A DNA stretch of 64,000 nucleotides, from positions 14,461,680 through 14,525,679 of the forward strand of contig OZ316894.1 in NCBI GenBank assembly GCA_973895155.1. Reading direction: 5' to 3'. The notes under the pieces are model-generated. The model did no database searches. It saw only the letters and a list, made by a program, of their open reading frames with translations, and was not told where the DNA came from. The stretch is from Marsupella aquatica (Eukaryota > Plantae > Marchantiophyta). How positions within the stretch are numbered: the stretch's first letter is position 1; the number at the start of each line of letters is the position of its first letter. Positions 60,032 through 64,000 of the stretch are shown piece by piece. A program made the position numbers and the translations under genes.

Positions 60032-63000
60032 CACTGGTACATATTTTGGGTTTTTCCGATGCTCTTCTTTCGGTCGGCAACACTTTCCGATACAGAGAAG
60101 ATCGGTACTCTCCGATTGTCCCCGCATCGGGGATTTACCATAAATTCTACATCGGACACATACTGTCCCATACTATTAGAATCGGAAATAGTTTCCCATG
60201 TAAAAGCTATCGGAGAATTTCCCATTCTACTTGCATCGGACAATGAGACTGCCGCGACGCAAGAGGCGTCCGATAAATAAAATATCGCATGTTGGTTCCG
60301 ATGAACTTAGGGACGAAACATTTCCGATATTTTTGGAATCGGAAATGTGTTCCGACTTGTGTCCGAACCCATTACAAACGGACGTCATTTCCGATGTGAT
60401 AAAGATGGAAAAGTTTCCCGATACCTGTAGTATGGCATATGTGTTCTGTTTCTTTTAATATCGGAAATATCGGTTTTCAGTAGAGCCGGGGTTTTTTGAG
60501 GGTTTTATCATCTTCCTAGCTTCTAATTAAGGCATGTTGTGTTTCCGATAGGTTTTTGACTCCATTTCCATTTGAAGTATGTGGGAACTCAACTAGGGTC
60601 AACTTGAAATGAATTGGAAGCTTTCATTTCATATATATTAAAAGCACAAATATATAGCCACAGCTAGAGCCCAGAGATTTAAGTGGTATATATAAGTAAA
60701 GTAACATGCAACAAAAAAATGGTAATGACAATGTAGATAACATATATATGCCGAAAAAGTCAATACATGGAGGGAAGTGGTCATTAATTAGGTCTAGCTA
60801 GTGCTAGCTACCTAGCTTTTACCATGAAATTCCTAAGTAGCTAGTTGTTCTCATTTTCCAAATCTTCCACAACAACTACATTTGGCTGTTCTTGGACTAT
60901 GGATCGGGATCGTGGAATGTAAGGCATTACAATGGACCACTCAGGATCATCTGGATAAGGGAGATAGAATGCCTGCTCAAGATTATGAGGAAATGCAAAA
61001 GGATCTGAGGCCCTCCAATTTGAGCTGATGACAGCCCCTGTCTTCAGTCGTGTGAAGCCGCAAGCATCCTCTTCACATGTTCGATTGTGGCCAACAAGAT
61101 TCATCCGAAACCATTTGCACTTCAGCACCACCTCTTCCAATGTTGTATGCGCATGGTATTTTACAACAAGGATCTCCTCTATCTTTCCATAGTGAGCTAT
61201 AGTAGAACGGATGGGATTTGTGTCAGATCTGCTACTTACAGAATCCTGGGTGAACCAACCCATCACCCCACAATCTTGTGTAGCTGCCCTCTTGTCATCA
61301 AGTCGTTCCACACGAAAGTGTCTCCCCTTGGACCACATGGCAGTCCTGGTTGTAACTGTAAGTAGAGGTCCATGAACCAAGGTGCGCAACTTATCAGTCA
61401 CCATTGGGAAGTGTGATACACTCTCCCCAACAGCCACCAAGGCATCCACTTCTAACAACTTCCCCTTCATGTACATGTGGAATTTGGGAAATAAGCGTGG
61501 TCGTCGACTATTGTGCTTATCCTCCTCATAAAATGTGGTCCACTCCCCAACAATCTCTGGAGAGTTATACAACATGAATGCAGTGAGTTTAGTGCGCTCA
61601 CTAGGGTCAAGAAGCCGTTCTCCCTTTGCACCTGTCAAACGGTCATCCTCATAGTCTGCTTCTCTTGATGCCTCATCTATCCACCCGCTTGGAGCATTTG
61701 AATCAAGTGTAGCAATAATGTTTGTACAATAAAACATGCTCTCTGCTCCAAGATGACGCTCTGCAATGCTACCTTCCACCCTTGCGCGATTTGAAACATA
61801 GGACTTCATCACTCCCATGTACCGCTCTACCCAGTACATCCAATGACAATGTACAGGGCCTGCAATACCAACCTCATGCACTAGATGTAGTAGAAAATGA
61901 ACCTGACCATCAAAAAATGAAGGAGGAAGGGCCCTTTCAAGTTTGCACACAACCTCCACTCCAAACACCTCCATTGCTGCAACCTCATCCTCGTTCACCT
62001 CCTTTTGACACACCCATCTCAACAACTTACCCAACGACCAAAGGGCATCACGAAGATCCTCACTACCCAATCCAATAATAGCAATTGGAATAACATGTTG
62101 CAATAAGCGATGATAATCATGGGTCTTCAAGAAAGCTGGCCATTTTGGAGAGTCAAGTCCACCAAATGCCTTGCGAAGATTGGCACCATACCCTGTAGGA
62201 AATCGCATAGACCCTATGCGTTTGCGAAACTCGGTCCGCTCACCTCGTGTCAAAACCCAAGGAGGATGAATAGTAAGGGGGGCATTATCGGGATCCATAG
62301 ATGGCCAAAAACCATGAGGGCCATGCATCCCCATCTCTTCACAACTCTCTCTCCAGTTGTTGTCTTTCTCTCCATGTAGGTGGCGAATCAAGGACCTCCC
62401 AACATTTCCCTCAATGTGCATAGGGTCAAATAAATGGTTAAGTGGCATCTCAGCCCAATAAGGCAGTTGTGACAATGCAGACAAACAAGTCATGCCACAC
62501 CGGGCATATTGCAATGGGTCATCTGGATTAGATACTCTCTCCCATACCTCTTTCCAATATGCAGGATCTTTTGGAATAGGTTGTGGTTGTCTGTCTGGTT
62601 GGCCATCCTTAGTGTCATATAAAAAGGGGTCTCTCCTCCAATCATGGTCTGGAGGGAGGTACTTGGTGTGACCAATATACACTATCTTCCTCAAGGTCTT
62701 TGACTTTGGCCGCGCTATTCCTTCCAAATCAGGTCCACAAGTTGGGCAAGCTCGATATCCTGATGTGGTCAGGCCAGAAATATATCCAAACCCTGCATAT
62801 AAATATATATCCCATGCATAAGTAAATAAGTTTATTAAAAGATATATGTGCTTCTAGCTAACTCAATACATAACAAAGTATGCTAGGTACGGTTGCCTAG
62901 CTATGGGAAGGGATAATTTAACAAAGATTCATACCTGGAAGATCATGTATGGTCCACATAAGAATGGCCTTCAACTTAAATTCTTGACGTAAGCCCCCCG

Positions 63001-64000
63001 TTTGCACTCGACCATCATAGCAATCCACACCACTCCAAAGCTTTTGTAGCTCCTCAATCAATGGTTGCAAGTACACATCAATTTTTTTCACTTGCTTAGG
63101 ACCAGGGATAATCATGGAAAGGAGCAAATGACCCTTCTTCATGGACATCCATGGAGGGATGTTGTAATTAGTAAGGACCACTGGCCATAGTGAATATGGT
63201 TGGGCCTTACCTGCTAGTGCAAATGGGCTGATGCCATCCGCTGCCAATCCTAGGCGAACATGACGTGGGTCAGTTCGGAACTCACCCCATCTCTCCTCCA
63301 CAAACTTGTTTGCAGGGGAGTCAACCATCATGCGCATGGTGGGTGGTTGTGAACTCATATCTGAGCGATTTTGGGAATGCCAAACCATATACTCAGCCAA
63401 CTCAGCACATCTATATTGGTGGCGCAAACGAGGTATAAGAGGAAAGTACCTCGTGACCTTCTGAGGAACTTTTCCCGTCAACATGTCCTCACGATACCTA
63501 GGCTTCTCACATGTAGGACATGACGTTGCATCTTTATAAGTACCTCTAAACAGAACGCAATCATTCACGCAAGCATGTATGACTTCGTACTGCAGACCTA
63601 TGGACTTCAACACCTTCTTTGCCTCTTTCCAAGAGTCTGGCAAGTTGTTTCCTTCTGGCAAGATACAATCATGCAATGTCCGAAAGAGATCATCAAGAAG
63701 TAGGTTGCTTGCTCCATGTCTTTGCTGCAAGTTCAACAACAACATTATTGCTGAAAGACGAGACAAGCGTGATCCATCAAATATCCGAGTTTGCGCATGT
63801 TGACGTGCTTCCTCCCACTGTTTGGAGGCTGAACTCCTTGAACCTTCTTGATGTGGAAGTGGGACCTCAATGTTCTCCCCATCAGCCATGTCATGATCAC
63901 CATCCTCTATGTCATAGAATTGGTGCATCAAGTCATCCATGGCCCTATCTTCATCAACTCTTGATTGGGAGGCATCTGGTTCCTGCTCTGGAACATCCGG
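60032..64000 (-). mobile_element. CACTA/En-Spm DNA transposon (one end, CACTG terminus), runs off the window
   Basis: CACTGGTAC at 60032 followed by many TTCCGAT/ATCGGAA subterminal motifs in both orientations (60055-60550), then a TnpD-like gene. Confidence 0.8.
60841..63940 (-). CDS. CACTA TnpD/Tnp2-like transposase, apparently intact across intron 62793-62934; 5' part may lie outside the window
   Basis: IHACVNDCVLF, RLGLAADGISPF, YNIPPW, IDVYLQPLIEEL, HDLP|GFGYISG...ACPTC, DPMHIEGNV, KTHDYH, PPSFFD...HLVHE, WMYWVERYM. Confidence 0.93.

Overview
Eukaryotic (spliceosomal GT-AG introns, plant-type transposons), gene-free window made of nested and mostly decayed mobile elements; the Bianca-type copia, CACTA and gypsy elements point to a plant genome. 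Main result: two complete large DNA transposons, A (25917-40474, 9-bp TSD CCCTTTGCA) and B (45642-56923, 9-bp TSD CCTCTCAGG), both with short imperfect GGG-starting TIRs. Each carries a Mutator-type DDE transposase (GCM-like Zn domain, DDE core, SWIM) set head-to-head with a spliced gene of about 1150 aa that fuses an N-terminal ParB/Srx-like domain (FDGNHR) to a beta-class N4C/N6A DNA-methyltransferase-like domain. Their introns and spacers contain many copies of one palindrome, TAGCGCCNGGCGCTA. Also present: a third truncated ParB-gene copy, a MITE of the same family, and a related transposase with its own palindrome arrays. The rest is a gypsy element with a -1 frameshift signal between protease and RT plus an extra 3' ORF, Bianca-type copia remnants, solo LTRs (one with AGT...ACT ends) and a CACTA-type element. 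All domain calls come from motifs recognised by eye; no database search was run.
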